The position numbers and the translations under genes were made by a program. Below the pieces are notes generated by a model. The model was not told the DNA's origin. It did no database searches and saw only the letters and a list, made by a program, of their open reading frames with translations. 64,000 nucleotides of DNA from an uncultured Spirochaetota bacterium (GTDB lineage: Bacteria; Spirochaetota; Spirochaetia; SZUA-6; Fen-1364). Positions 1 through 8,208 of the stretch are shown here, piece by piece (the first letter of the stretch is position 1; each line of letters starts with the position of its first letter). The DNA lies in contig CAWGAA010000003.1 of NCBI GenBank assembly GCA_963820525.1, forward strand, positions 736,001 to 800,000, in the 5' to 3' direction.

Positions 1-394
1 CCCGAAGATCTTCCGCGCGCTCGTTGAAGCCACGGCCTTCGGCGCCCGCGCCATTGTCGAGCAGTTCCGCAGGGAAGGGATCCGAATAGATTCCGTCATC
101 GCCCAGGGGGGCATCGCGCGAAAGAGTCCCTTCGTCATGCAGGTGACTGCAGACGTCCTGGGGATGCCGATCCGCGTCGTGGCCTCGGATCAGGCCTGCG
201 CTCTCGGGGCGGGGATGTTCGGGGCGGTGGCTGCGGGCGCCTACCCGTCAGTTGCGGCGGCGCAGAAAAAGATGGGAAGCGGCTTCGACATGAGCTTCAG
301 CCCGAACAGGCGGCGAGCCCGGCTCTACAGCGGCCTGTATCGCAGGTACGCAAGCCTCGGCGGGAGCCTGGAAGAGCTCCTGCGCGCCCTATGA
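1..394 (+). CDS. araB: Ribulokinase (FGGY family), C-terminal part; 5' end outside the window
   Basis: Frame is open from base 2: PKIFRALVEATAFGARAIVEQF...GGIARKSPFVMQVTADVLG...QACALGAGMFGAVAAG, an FGGY C-terminal domain. Stop overlaps the araD start (ATGA). Confidence 0.85.
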   Translation, partial: PKIFRALVEATAFGARAIVEQFRREGIRIDSVIAQGGIARKSPFVMQVTADVLGMPIRVVASDQACALGAGMFGAVAAGAYPSVAAAQKKMGSGFDMSFSPNRRRARLYSGLYRRYASLGGSLEELLRAL

Positions 395-1104
395 ACGCGG
401 CTCACGCGGGACGCGTCCGACGCTTGCGCGAAGAGGTCTGCGCGGCCAACAAGGAGCTGGTCACCCGCGGGCTGGTGATTTCAACCTTCGGAAACGTCTC
501 CGGCATCGACAAGGAGCTGGGAGTCATCGCCATCAAGCCGAGCGGTGTGGATTATGCTGAGCTCACCCCACGAAACATCGTGCTTCTCGACGCCGACGGC
601 AAAAGGATGGAAGGGGACCTGAACCCGTCCTCGGACGCCAAGACCCATGTGCGGCTCTACAAGGCCTTCCCGGGCATCGGCGGAGTCGTGCACACCCACT
701 CGCGCTATGCCACCTCCTGGGCCCAGGCCGGGCTCCCCCTCCCCTGCTACGGGACCACCCATGCCGATTATTTTCACGGCGAGGTGCCCTGCACCGAAGT
801 CATAACCGACGCCCAGATCTCGCGGGACTACGAGGAGGAGACTGCGGTCCAGATCATCGACGCCTTCCGGGCGCTGGATCCCCTCGAGGTTCCCGCGGTG
901 CTCGTCGCTTCACACGGTCCCTTTACGTGGGGGACGGACGCATTCGATGCGGTCCACAACGCCCAGATGCTCGAGTACGCCGCGGAGATGGCCATTTCCA
1001 CCAGGCTCCTCAACCCGGCGATACAGGGGGTCAAGAAAACCCTCCTGGACAAGCATTTCCTGCGCAAGCACGGAAAAAATGCCTACTATGGGCAGAAGAA
1101 ATAG
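391..1104 (+). CDS. araD: L-ribulose-5-phosphate 4-epimerase
   Basis: Class II aldolase/epimerase motifs GNVS, IKPSG, PSSD..TH, HTHS, GTTHADYF and HGPFTWG. C-terminus KHFLRKHGKNAYYGQ is typical of AraD. Confidence 0.93.
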   Translation: MNAAHAGRVRRLREEVCAANKELVTRGLVISTFGNVSGIDKELGVIAIKPSGVDYAELTPRNIVLLDADGKRMEGDLNPSSDAKTHVRLYKAFPGIGGVVHTHSRYATSWAQAGLPLPCYGTTHADYFHGEVPCTEVITDAQISRDYEEETAVQIIDAFRALDPLEVPAVLVASHGPFTWGTDAFDAVHNAQMLEYAAEMAISTRLLNPAIQGVKKTLLDKHFLRKHGKNAYYGQKK

Positions 1105-1146
1105 CTTTCGAGGAACTCTCTCCTCATAGAGCCTCCACTTCTCAAG

Positions 1147-1179
1147 TCTGGCGGGCGGCGCGTGGCGCCGCCCGCCAGA
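1147..1179. terminator. Perfect 15-bp GC hairpin between convergent genes (candidate bidirectional terminator or RNA stabiliser)
   Basis: TCTGGCGGGCGGCGC-GTG-GCGCCGCCCGCCAGA is an exact inverted repeat with a 3-nt loop. No U-tract on either strand. Confidence 0.55.
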
Positions 1180-1191
1180 GACCGCCCGGCC

Positions 1192-2082
1192 TCAGCACCC
1201 GGCGACAGGCTCGATCCGCTCCATCGAAGAGATGAGAAACGTCCGCCTTTCCTCCCGAAGATGACAGAATGCTTCCAGCGCGGGAACGCCGCCGACCAGG
1301 AGAAACGAGAGCGGCGTAATCCTGCGGACCGTCCGCTCGCCCCGGCCGCTCATATAGGTGATCTCCACCGGCTCCCCCTTTCCAAGGGCACGGCTCAATA
1401 GGCAGATGCGTTCCGCCTCCGGCGGCCGGCGGGAGACGAAGCTGAGCGGGGGACCAGAGCGCTCCAGAATGTCTTCCACGCGGCAGACACCGTGAGCTGC
1501 CAGCCGCCTGACACAGACGAGGAAAAGATCGCGGCATGTCAGGGCATCCGCCAGCGCCCGGTGGATCTCCCGCCCTTCCAGGCAATGCTCGCGCCTGAGG
1601 GAGGAGAGGCTGTAGCTGTGGCGGTTTGGGAAGACGCACCTTGCCAGGCCTCGCGTGTCTATCACGGGAACGTCGGGTGAATCGATGCCCAGGCGGGCCA
1701 TCTCCCGCGAAATGAATCCGACGTCGAAGGACGCGTTGTGCGCGATCGGGAATGAGCCTGCCAGGAAGGAAAGAAAGCGCGGCAGGGCTTCCTCGATGGG
1801 CGGGGCTCCCAGGAGCATCTCATCCGTGATGCAGTTGACCCTCCGCGCCTCCGCGGGAACGGGGATCCCCGGATCCACGAAGGTCTCGAACGTGCCGACG
1901 CCTTCCGGGCCGAATGAAACAGCGCCGATCTCCACGATGCGGTCTACCCCGGGGTAGAGCCCCGTGGTTTCCAGGTCGAAAGCCGTGAAGACCGGCCGCG
2001 GAGCGCCGCCGCCTTCCAAGAGGGCAAGGATGGGCCGCGGCGCGCCGTCTCCGCCTCCCACAAGGGGAATGTTGCCGCTCAC
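1192..2082 (-). CDS. DEDDh (DnaQ-like) 3'-5' exonuclease fused to a C-terminal WYL-like domain
   Basis: ExoI FDLETTG, ExoII HNASFD, ExoIII HRALADA. The C-terminal segment ALGKGEPVEITYMSGRGERTVRRITPL...LEAFCHLREERRTF matches the WYL pattern. GTG start overlaps the upstream stop (GTGA). Confidence 0.8.
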   Translation of the reverse strand: MSGNIPLVGGGDGAPRPILALLEGGGAPRPVFTAFDLETTGLYPGVDRIVEIGAVSFGPEGVGTFETFVDPGIPVPAEARRVNCITDEMLLGAPPIEEALPRFLSFLAGSFPIAHNASFDVGFISREMARLGIDSPDVPVIDTRGLARCVFPNRHSYSLSSLRREHCLEGREIHRALADALTCRDLFLVCVRRLAAHGVCRVEDILERSGPPLSFVSRRPPEAERICLLSRALGKGEPVEITYMSGRGERTVRRITPLSFLLVGGVPALEAFCHLREERRTFLISSMERIEPVAGC

Positions 2083-2264
2083 TCTTTCAGCTTTTCCGGG
2101 GTGGATTCTCCGAGGAGGAGCTTGCAGATGTTCTTGTACCCCACTTTTCTGTAGGCGCGGAAGAGCTTCGAAAACTCATCGTACGCCTCCGGGTAGCCGT
2201 CCTTCAGCTTCTCCAATCGCACAAGCACTTCCTTGAGTTCTTCCAACGACGCCATGGCGGGCAT
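2079..2264 (-). CDS. Small helical hypothetical protein (58-61 aa)
   Basis: GGAGG RBS just upstream of the ATG, K/E-rich protein-like composition, and stop overlapping the exonuclease start. Confidence 0.7.
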   Translation of the reverse strand: MPAMASLEELKEVLVRLEKLKDGYPEAYDEFSKLFRAYRKVGYKNICKLLLGESTPEKLKE

Positions 2265-2309
2265 GCAATCCTCCTTCGAGCGCTCGCCGGCGGACGAGCG
2301 TGTCTCTCT

Positions 2310-3443
2310 TCAGACTACGGTGAAGGAATCCACCGCGCTTCTATCGAGCCGCTTGAGGACCTCGACCACGAGCGCGATGCAGTTATCGACGTCCTCCAGG
2401 CTGAGGATCCCGACGTGGGAGTGGATGTGGCGTGTGGGGATGGAAACGACGATGCTGGGGCAGCCCGCATTGGCCATATGGATGGCCCCGGCGTCCGTTC
2501 CACCGCCGCGGGTCTGGGAAAGCTGGTAGGGAATCTTCGCTTCCTCGGCGGCGTGGACCACGAGCTCTTTCAGCGGCTGGTTGGGGATCATGGAGGAGTC
2601 GAAGGTGATGATGGAAGGGCCCAGCCCCATCTTGGTCGGCGCGTCGCTCGGCTCGATCCCGGGCACGTCCCCCGCGATGTCCACTTCCAGGGTCAGGCAC
2701 ACGTCGGGCTGGGCCATGTGCGCCGAGGTGCGCGCTCCGCGCAGCCCCACTTCCTCCTGGACCGTGGCGATGCCCACGACGGTATTGGGATGGTCTATCC
2801 GCTCGTCCCGGAGGCGGCGGATCGCTTCGCAGGCGACGAACGCCCCCACCCGGTCGTCGAAGCCCTTGCCGAAGGCGAGCGTGGTCTTGCCCAGATTTTT
2901 TTCCTCGCCGTCGAGCTTTCTGAAAACACTCTTCTCTATGGTGAAGAAGGGGGAGTCGGGCGCAACGGGGTCACCGATACGGATCCCCAGCTCCTTCGCT
3001 TCCCGCTCATTGGAGCATCCCACATCGATGAACATCTTGTCCTTGGTAACCACCTTGGAGCGCTCTTCAGGGGGCAGCACGTGCGGCGGCTTTGCGGCGA
3101 TGACCCCGATGACAAAACCTCCCCGCGACGTCCTGATCCGCACCTTCTGGCCCAGGAGCACCTGGTCAAACCATCCCCCCAGGGCATTGAAGGTGAGATA
3201 CCCCTTCTCGTTGATGCCGGACACCACGAAGCCCACTTCGTCCACATGTCCCGCAAGGATGACGAGGGGTTTGTCCGAGCTTCCCCTCTTTCTGAAGTGG
3301 AGAGACCCCAGCTTGTCGCTGGCCAATCCATCCACGAACGGGGAGACGTAGTCCTTTACGGCGCGCACGACATCCCGCTCGAACCCGGAAGGCCCGAAAC
3401 TTTCGCTCAAGCGCTTCAGGAACTCCAGCGCCTTGCTTTCCAT
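2310..3443 (-). CDS. M42 family (TET-like) metallo-aminopeptidase
   Basis: GPSGFE, AGHVDEVG, FDDRVG, QEEVGLRGA, GGTDAG and PTRHIHS metal-binding motifs. Start set at MESKAL directly after the promoter. Confidence 0.92.
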   Translation of the reverse strand: MESKALEFLKRLSESFGPSGFERDVVRAVKDYVSPFVDGLASDKLGSLHFRKRGSSDKPLVILAGHVDEVGFVVSGINEKGYLTFNALGGWFDQVLLGQKVRIRTSRGGFVIGVIAAKPPHVLPPEERSKVVTKDKMFIDVGCSNEREAKELGIRIGDPVAPDSPFFTIEKSVFRKLDGEEKNLGKTTLAFGKGFDDRVGAFVACEAIRRLRDERIDHPNTVVGIATVQEEVGLRGARTSAHMAQPDVCLTLEVDIAGDVPGIEPSDAPTKMGLGPSIITFDSSMIPNQPLKELVVHAAEEAKIPYQLSQTRGGGTDAGAIHMANAGCPSIVVSIPTRHIHSHVGILSLEDVDNCIALVVEVLKRLDRSAVDSFTVV

Positions 3444-3449
3444 GAAAAA

Positions 3450-3479
3450 AGGATACGTGCACGCGCGCGCACATGTCAA
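3450..3479 (-). promoter_or_regulatory. Sigma70-type promoter for the M42 peptidase operon (probably leaderless)
   Basis: Minus strand reads TTGACA-18 nt-TATCCT-6 nt-ATG, with no Shine-Dalgarno. Confidence 0.7.
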
Positions 3480-3576
3480 GGCAAGCAAAGCCGCGCTGCG
3501 TTACTGCAAGCGGCGGCAGCGGCGCCAGGGACAAACGGCAGCGGCTGGTGCGCCAGATGCTGCCGACGGGCCGCTG

Positions 3577-3604
3577 TTGCTCACCCGCCTTGCGGTGATA
3601 TAGT
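3577..3604 (+). promoter_or_regulatory. Extended -10 promoter for rhomboid-DUF4139 (probably leaderless)
   Basis: TTGCTC-16 nt-TATAGT with the TGn extension, 7 nt before ATG 3612. Confidence 0.55.
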
Positions 3605-3611
3605 TGCCTCA

Positions 3612-4229
3612 ATGAAACTCAAATACAACGCGCCCGTCTGTTTGAGCTTTTCCCTGATCTCTGCCCTGGTCCTCCTGATAAGCCAGGTCACGGGGGGCAC
3701 CCTGATCTCCACCATGTTCTCGATCTCTCCGTTTGGATTCAACCTCGCCTCGCCGCTTTCGTGGTTTCGCCTCTTCTCCCACGTGATCGGGCACGCCAGC
3801 TGGACCCACCTCATCGGCAACTTCTCCTTCATCCTGCTCATCGGCCCCATCCTGGAGGAGAAGTACCACTCGGGGCCCATCCTCCTCATGATGCTCGTCA
3901 CCGCCCTGGCCACGGGACTGCTGGACCTCTTCATCATGAGGGCCCAGCTCCTCGGGGCGAGCGGCATCGTTTTCATGTTCATTCTTCTGTCCTCCTTCAC
4001 CAATATCCGCTCCAGGGAGATTCCCGTCACCTTCATCCTCATCGTGGTCCTGTATCTGGTGAAGGAGTTCGTCGACGCTCTCACTCCGAGTCCCATCGCC
4101 AATCTCGCCCACATCCTCGGAGGAGTCATCGGGGCAATGTTCGGTTTCCTCTTCAGCAGGAATGACGCGCAGGCAAAGACCCTTCCGCCAAAGCCTGACG
4201 GCACGACGATACAGGGGAGAAAGATATGA
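3612..4229 (+). CDS. Rhomboid family intramembrane serine protease
   Basis: About six TM segments, WFRLFSHVIGH..WTHLIGN, catalytic GASG and AHILGG. Confidence 0.88.
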   Translation: MKLKYNAPVCLSFSLISALVLLISQVTGGTLISTMFSISPFGFNLASPLSWFRLFSHVIGHASWTHLIGNFSFILLIGPILEEKYHSGPILLMMLVTALATGLLDLFIMRAQLLGASGIVFMFILLSSFTNIRSREIPVTFILIVVLYLVKEFVDALTPSPIANLAHILGGVIGAMFGFLFSRNDAQAKTLPPKPDGTTIQGRKI

Positions 4230-6264
4230 GCACGATACGCGCTTTTTATCCGATCTTTACCGCTGCGGCCATCCTCTTCGCCGCCCTTCCCGCGGCCGCC
4301 GACGAGAAGCCCGCCTCGGTCCCTCTGACGGGGATCGTTCTCTTCACGAGCGGCGTGGGGTACTTCCAGCACGACGGAACGGTGGAAGGCGATGGGCGGA
4401 TGGAGCTTCAGTTCACGGCCGACGGAATCAACGATGTGCTGAAGAGCATGATTCTGCGGGACTTCGGCGGCGGCGCTGTCTCCAGCGTCACCTACGCCTC
4501 GCAGGATCCCCTCACCCGGACCTTGAAGTCCTTTGCCGTCGACCTCACCGGCAACCCCGGACTTGCCGCCATTCTCTCCCAGGTGCGCGGCAGGGCGGTG
4601 GAGGTCTCCGCCCCCGACACGGTCCGGGGTACCGTTCTCGCAGTGGAGGCACAGCAGCAGACATCGGACAAGGCGACGATAACGACATACACCCTGGACC
4701 TCCTCACGCCCCAAGGGATACGGAGCGTCGCCCTTGCCCAGGTCCAGGTGATCAGGTTCCTCGACAAGGATCTCCAGACGGAATTGGAGGAGGCGCTCGC
4801 CCTGATCGCCTCCTCCAAGGACCTGGACAAAAAGAAGGTGGTCCTGCACTTCGCCGGCTCCGGGAAGCGCCGCGTCCGGGTGGGATACATCCAGGAGACG
4901 CCGGTGTGGAAGACCAGCTACCGCCTCGCCGTCGGCGAGGACAAGACCCCATTCCTCCAGGGCTGGGCGGTCGTGGAGAACACCTCGGACCAGGATTGGA
5001 AGGACGTGAGCCTCACCCTGGTATCCGGGAGACCCATCACGTTCGCCATGGACCTCTACACGCCGCTGTATGTGGAAAGGCCCGAGGTCCAACTGGACCT
5101 GTACTCGTCCCTGCGCCCGCAGACCTACGACATGGCGATGAGCGAATCGCAGGGGGAGCCGGCCGCCCCTCCAAGGGCCGAATCCGCGCGGGCGCCCGCC
5201 CCGGCGCCATCCCTCAGGAAAGCGGCGCCGCCGCCGGCCGGACAAGCGCTCGCCTCCCAGGATTTTTCTCTGGCGCAGGGCGTTGCCCAGGCCGCCAGGG
5301 CCTCCGAGGTGGGAGAGCTGTTCCAGTACGCGATCGAAAAGCCCGTGAGCCTCCCCCGCCAACAGTCCGCCCTCTTTCCCATCGTCAACAGGAACATCAC
5401 GGGAGAGAAATACTCGATCTACAACGAGTCCGTGGACCCGGCGCGCCCCCTCGCCGCCTTGAAGCTGAAGAACTCGAGCGTCCTTCATCTCATGCAGGGG
5501 CCCGTGACCGTCTTCGACGGCGGCACCTACGCGGGGGACGCCCGCATCACGGATTTCCCCCCCGGCGCCGAGCAGCTCATCAGCTACGCGGTGGACCTCG
5601 ACACCGAGGTGCAGGCCGTCGCGGGCCCGACCCCCGGGACCTCTTCTCCGTGAAGATCTCCAAGGGGATCGTGACCACCACATACAAGATGTCGCGGGAG
5701 AGGGACTATCAGGCGAGGAACCGCGGCTCGAAGCCCAAGTCCCTGATCATCGAGCACCCGTTCGACGCCGATTGGACCCTGGCTCAGCCCCGGCAGCCCA
5801 TGGAGCGCTCACGCTCGGCCTACCGCTTCCTCCTCCCCCTGGAGGCGGGAGCGACGAAGAAGCTCGCCGTGATCGAGGAGCGCCAGGTGGACCAGACCGT
5901 ATCCGCGGGAAGCCTCACCCCGGACGCTGTCGGCATTTTCGTGCGCTCCTCCGCCGTGAGCCAGGCCGTGAAGGACGCGCTGGCGAAGCTCCTGGCGCTG
6001 AAGCTCAAGCTTTCCGACGCGCAGTCCCAGCGCCAGCGCCTGGAGACCGAGGTGGCGGACATCTACAAGGAGCAGGAGCGGATCCGGGAGAACCTCGGCC
6101 GGATCGACCAGGGCTCCACGCTCTCTGCCCGCTACGTGAAGACCTTGAATGACCAGGAGGACCGGCTTGCCAAGCTGCGCGATGACATCACCCGGGCGCG
6201 GGCCGATGAGGCCGCGCGGCAGAAGGACGTGGATGCCTTTCTCCTGGCCATCGATGTGAAATAG
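4226..6264 (+). CDS. Secreted DUF4139/DUF4140-type protein, split by a one-base frameshift near 5631-5635
   Basis: Signal peptide; LFTSGVGYF, WKTSYRL, LQGWAVVENTS..DW..V.LTLVSG.P and FQY motifs. Coding continues in the -1 frame (RDLFSVKISKG...coiled coil) to the stop at 6264. One extra C in the C5 run restores a single ORF. Confidence 0.75.
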
Positions 6265-6350
6265 ACGCCGGCGCTTCGGTGCATGTGATGCGGCCTGTTG
6301 AGCCTGCCGCTTTTGTGCTACATTCATTGGTGCAACCTCGAAGGATCCGT

Positions 6351-7493
6351 ATGAAGCGCAGAAGAACTGCTTTTGTTTTCATCCTGACGCTCGGGACGCT
6401 CCTCCCCTGGCGGCTTGCCGCCTGGGACGGCGCTTTCTTCGACCTTTTCCAGATCCCCTTCTCCGCCCGGGAAGCGGCGCTGGGGGGGGTCCACGCGGCC
6501 CTGGCCGACGATCTGACCACCCTGGTGAGCAATCCCGCCGGGTTCCGCTCCGCCGGCCCGGAGTTCTCCCTCGCTGAAATGACCTTCAGCATCTACGATT
6601 CGGCTCCTTCGCTGCTCGACGAGGTGATCACGAGCCAGCCCAGCACCACCCCGGATCTCCGCCGCGCGACCATGAACCTCATGGGGCCCCTTTTCATCGG
6701 CTACGTGGGCGATGGGCTGGGTTTCGGCCTTTTCAGCAGCACCAACGTCCGCACGTGGACCTGGGGGGCGTATCCAGCCGGCCGCTCGGTGATCCAGCAG
6801 AACCTCGTGGTGGTGGCCGGATATTCGTTTCGAATCCCGTTCCCCGAGGAGTGGCAGAGCACCCTCGACCTGGGCTTCACGATCCCCGTATTCGTCACGG
6901 CAAGAAGCGACACCGCGAAGGATGTCCGCGGGATATTCACTTCCTCCATTACCCCTCCCGCCGTGGTTGCCGACCAGCCCTTCACCATGGCGGAGGGAGT
7001 GAGCGCGGAGTTCGGGATTCTGTACTCCTACGACAATGTGTTCTCCGTGGGGATAGCGGCGCGGGACCTGGCCATTGTCTCGACGAACTCCTACCCATCC
7101 CTCGTCTCGTTTCTCGCGGGCGGTCTTCCCGATACGCGCAACACCCCCCTGCCCATGGACATATCGGCGGGGTTCAAATGGAGCCCGCCCATCAAGAATC
7201 TTCTCCGTTCCATCGATGGGCTCAGTCTCATGGCCGATTATCACGATATCTTCGATTTCGTCTTCTATCCGGAGGGGGCGCGAAATCCTTTCCTGCACAT
7301 CGGAATCGGCCTTGAGATGCAGATCCTGCAGATCGTGAAGCTGCGCGCCGGCTTTTACCAGTGCCTGCCCAGCGGAGGAATCGAGCTGGATCTTTCCCTG
7401 TTCAAGCTGAACGTGGCCGTATTCGGCAGGGAATTGACGAGCCGGCCCTGGGGGTACCCCGTGTACGGGTATATGATCGGGGTGAGATTCTAG
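6351..7493 (+). CDS. Outer-membrane beta-barrel protein, FadL/PorV/UPF0164-like
   Basis: Signal peptide; N-terminal SAREAALGG..AALADD.....NPAG hatch motif; amphipathic strands; C-terminal YMIGVRF beta-signal. Extended -10 TGcTACATT at 6316-6324. Confidence 0.65.
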   Translation: MKRRRTAFVFILTLGTLLPWRLAAWDGAFFDLFQIPFSAREAALGGVHAALADDLTTLVSNPAGFRSAGPEFSLAEMTFSIYDSAPSLLDEVITSQPSTTPDLRRATMNLMGPLFIGYVGDGLGFGLFSSTNVRTWTWGAYPAGRSVIQQNLVVVAGYSFRIPFPEEWQSTLDLGFTIPVFVTARSDTAKDVRGIFTSSITPPAVVADQPFTMAEGVSAEFGILYSYDNVFSVGIAARDLAIVSTNSYPSLVSFLAGGLPDTRNTPLPMDISAGFKWSPPIKNLLRSIDGLSLMADYHDIFDFVFYPEGARNPFLHIGIGLEMQILQIVKLRAGFYQCLPSGGIELDLSLFKLNVAVFGRELTSRPWGYPVYGYMIGVRF

Positions 7494-7524
7494 GTCAGTG
7501 CAGGCCAAACGAATGCGCCGAACG

Positions 7525-8208
7525 ATGAAGATTTTCGCGACCTTGACGGTCGCCCTCCTCACGGCAACGCCGGCGGCATGGACGCAGGAGCGGGCCGCAT
7601 CCGATGGGCTCATGCGAAAAATGGCCGCCCTGGTCCTGACGCACAACCCCATCCTCCTGTCGCAGAGCCGGCTCATCGAAGAGGGCCGGCGCATCGTCGA
7701 GCCGGGAGACGGATTCGCGATCCCGGGGATGACCCTCGGCGCGGGGCTTGGTATCTGGAACCCGTACACGAACTCCTTCGCCGTCACCCCCTCCGTGACC
7801 TTTGGTTTGAGCTTCTCCTTCAGCGATCCGACCCGGGGGCTGAACGTCCTGAAGATCAAGGAGGAGAAGGAGCTGGCCAAGCAGCAATGGGAGACGGCGA
7901 AGAACACGACGCTGGCCCAGCTCTTCTCCAAGATCCGCGACATCCAGAAGCTGAAGAGCCAGGGGAGGAACCTCGCCTCCCTGAAGAAGTACCTCGAGGA
8001 TTACAGCAGCGTTGCCCAGAGCCAGAGGATCGAGCAGGCAATCGGTCCCGACAAGCTCTGGGAGCTGAAGGAGCGGCTTACGAATCTCGATATTGACCTC
8101 CAGACCCTGGACGGCCAGCTTGAAACGACGATGCTGGAAACGGCCATGAGCCTCGGTGGGGACGCGTGGGAAGACCTGCTCCAGCTCCTCCGCGAGCTCG
8201 ACGGGTGA
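7525..8208 (+). CDS. Secreted protein resembling a single TolC/OEP repeat (half-TolC)
   Basis: Signal peptide (ATPAAWT). VLTHNPIL helix, two amphipathic strands (PGMTLGAGLGIW, PSVTFGLSFSF), then long coiled-coil helices ending AMSLGG. Stop overlaps the wzc GTG. Alternative start at 7498. Confidence 0.55.
   Translation: MKIFATLTVALLTATPAAWTQERAASDGLMRKMAALVLTHNPILLSQSRLIEEGRRIVEPGDGFAIPGMTLGAGLGIWNPYTNSFAVTPSVTFGLSFSFSDPTRGLNVLKIKEEKELAKQQWETAKNTTLAQLFSKIRDIQKLKSQGRNLASLKKYLEDYSSVAQSQRIEQAIGPDKLWELKERLTNLDIDLQTLDGQLETTMLETAMSLGGDAWEDLLQLLRELDG

Noticed and set aside
3581..5683. Long antisense or alternate-frame ORFs (e.g. 3581-5683, 6324-7943, 8001-9956, 24638-26299, 60348-61730)
   Set aside because: They shadow well-supported genes, are R/G/P/A-rich and lack motifs. 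Such ORFs are expected in high-GC DNA with few off-frame stops.
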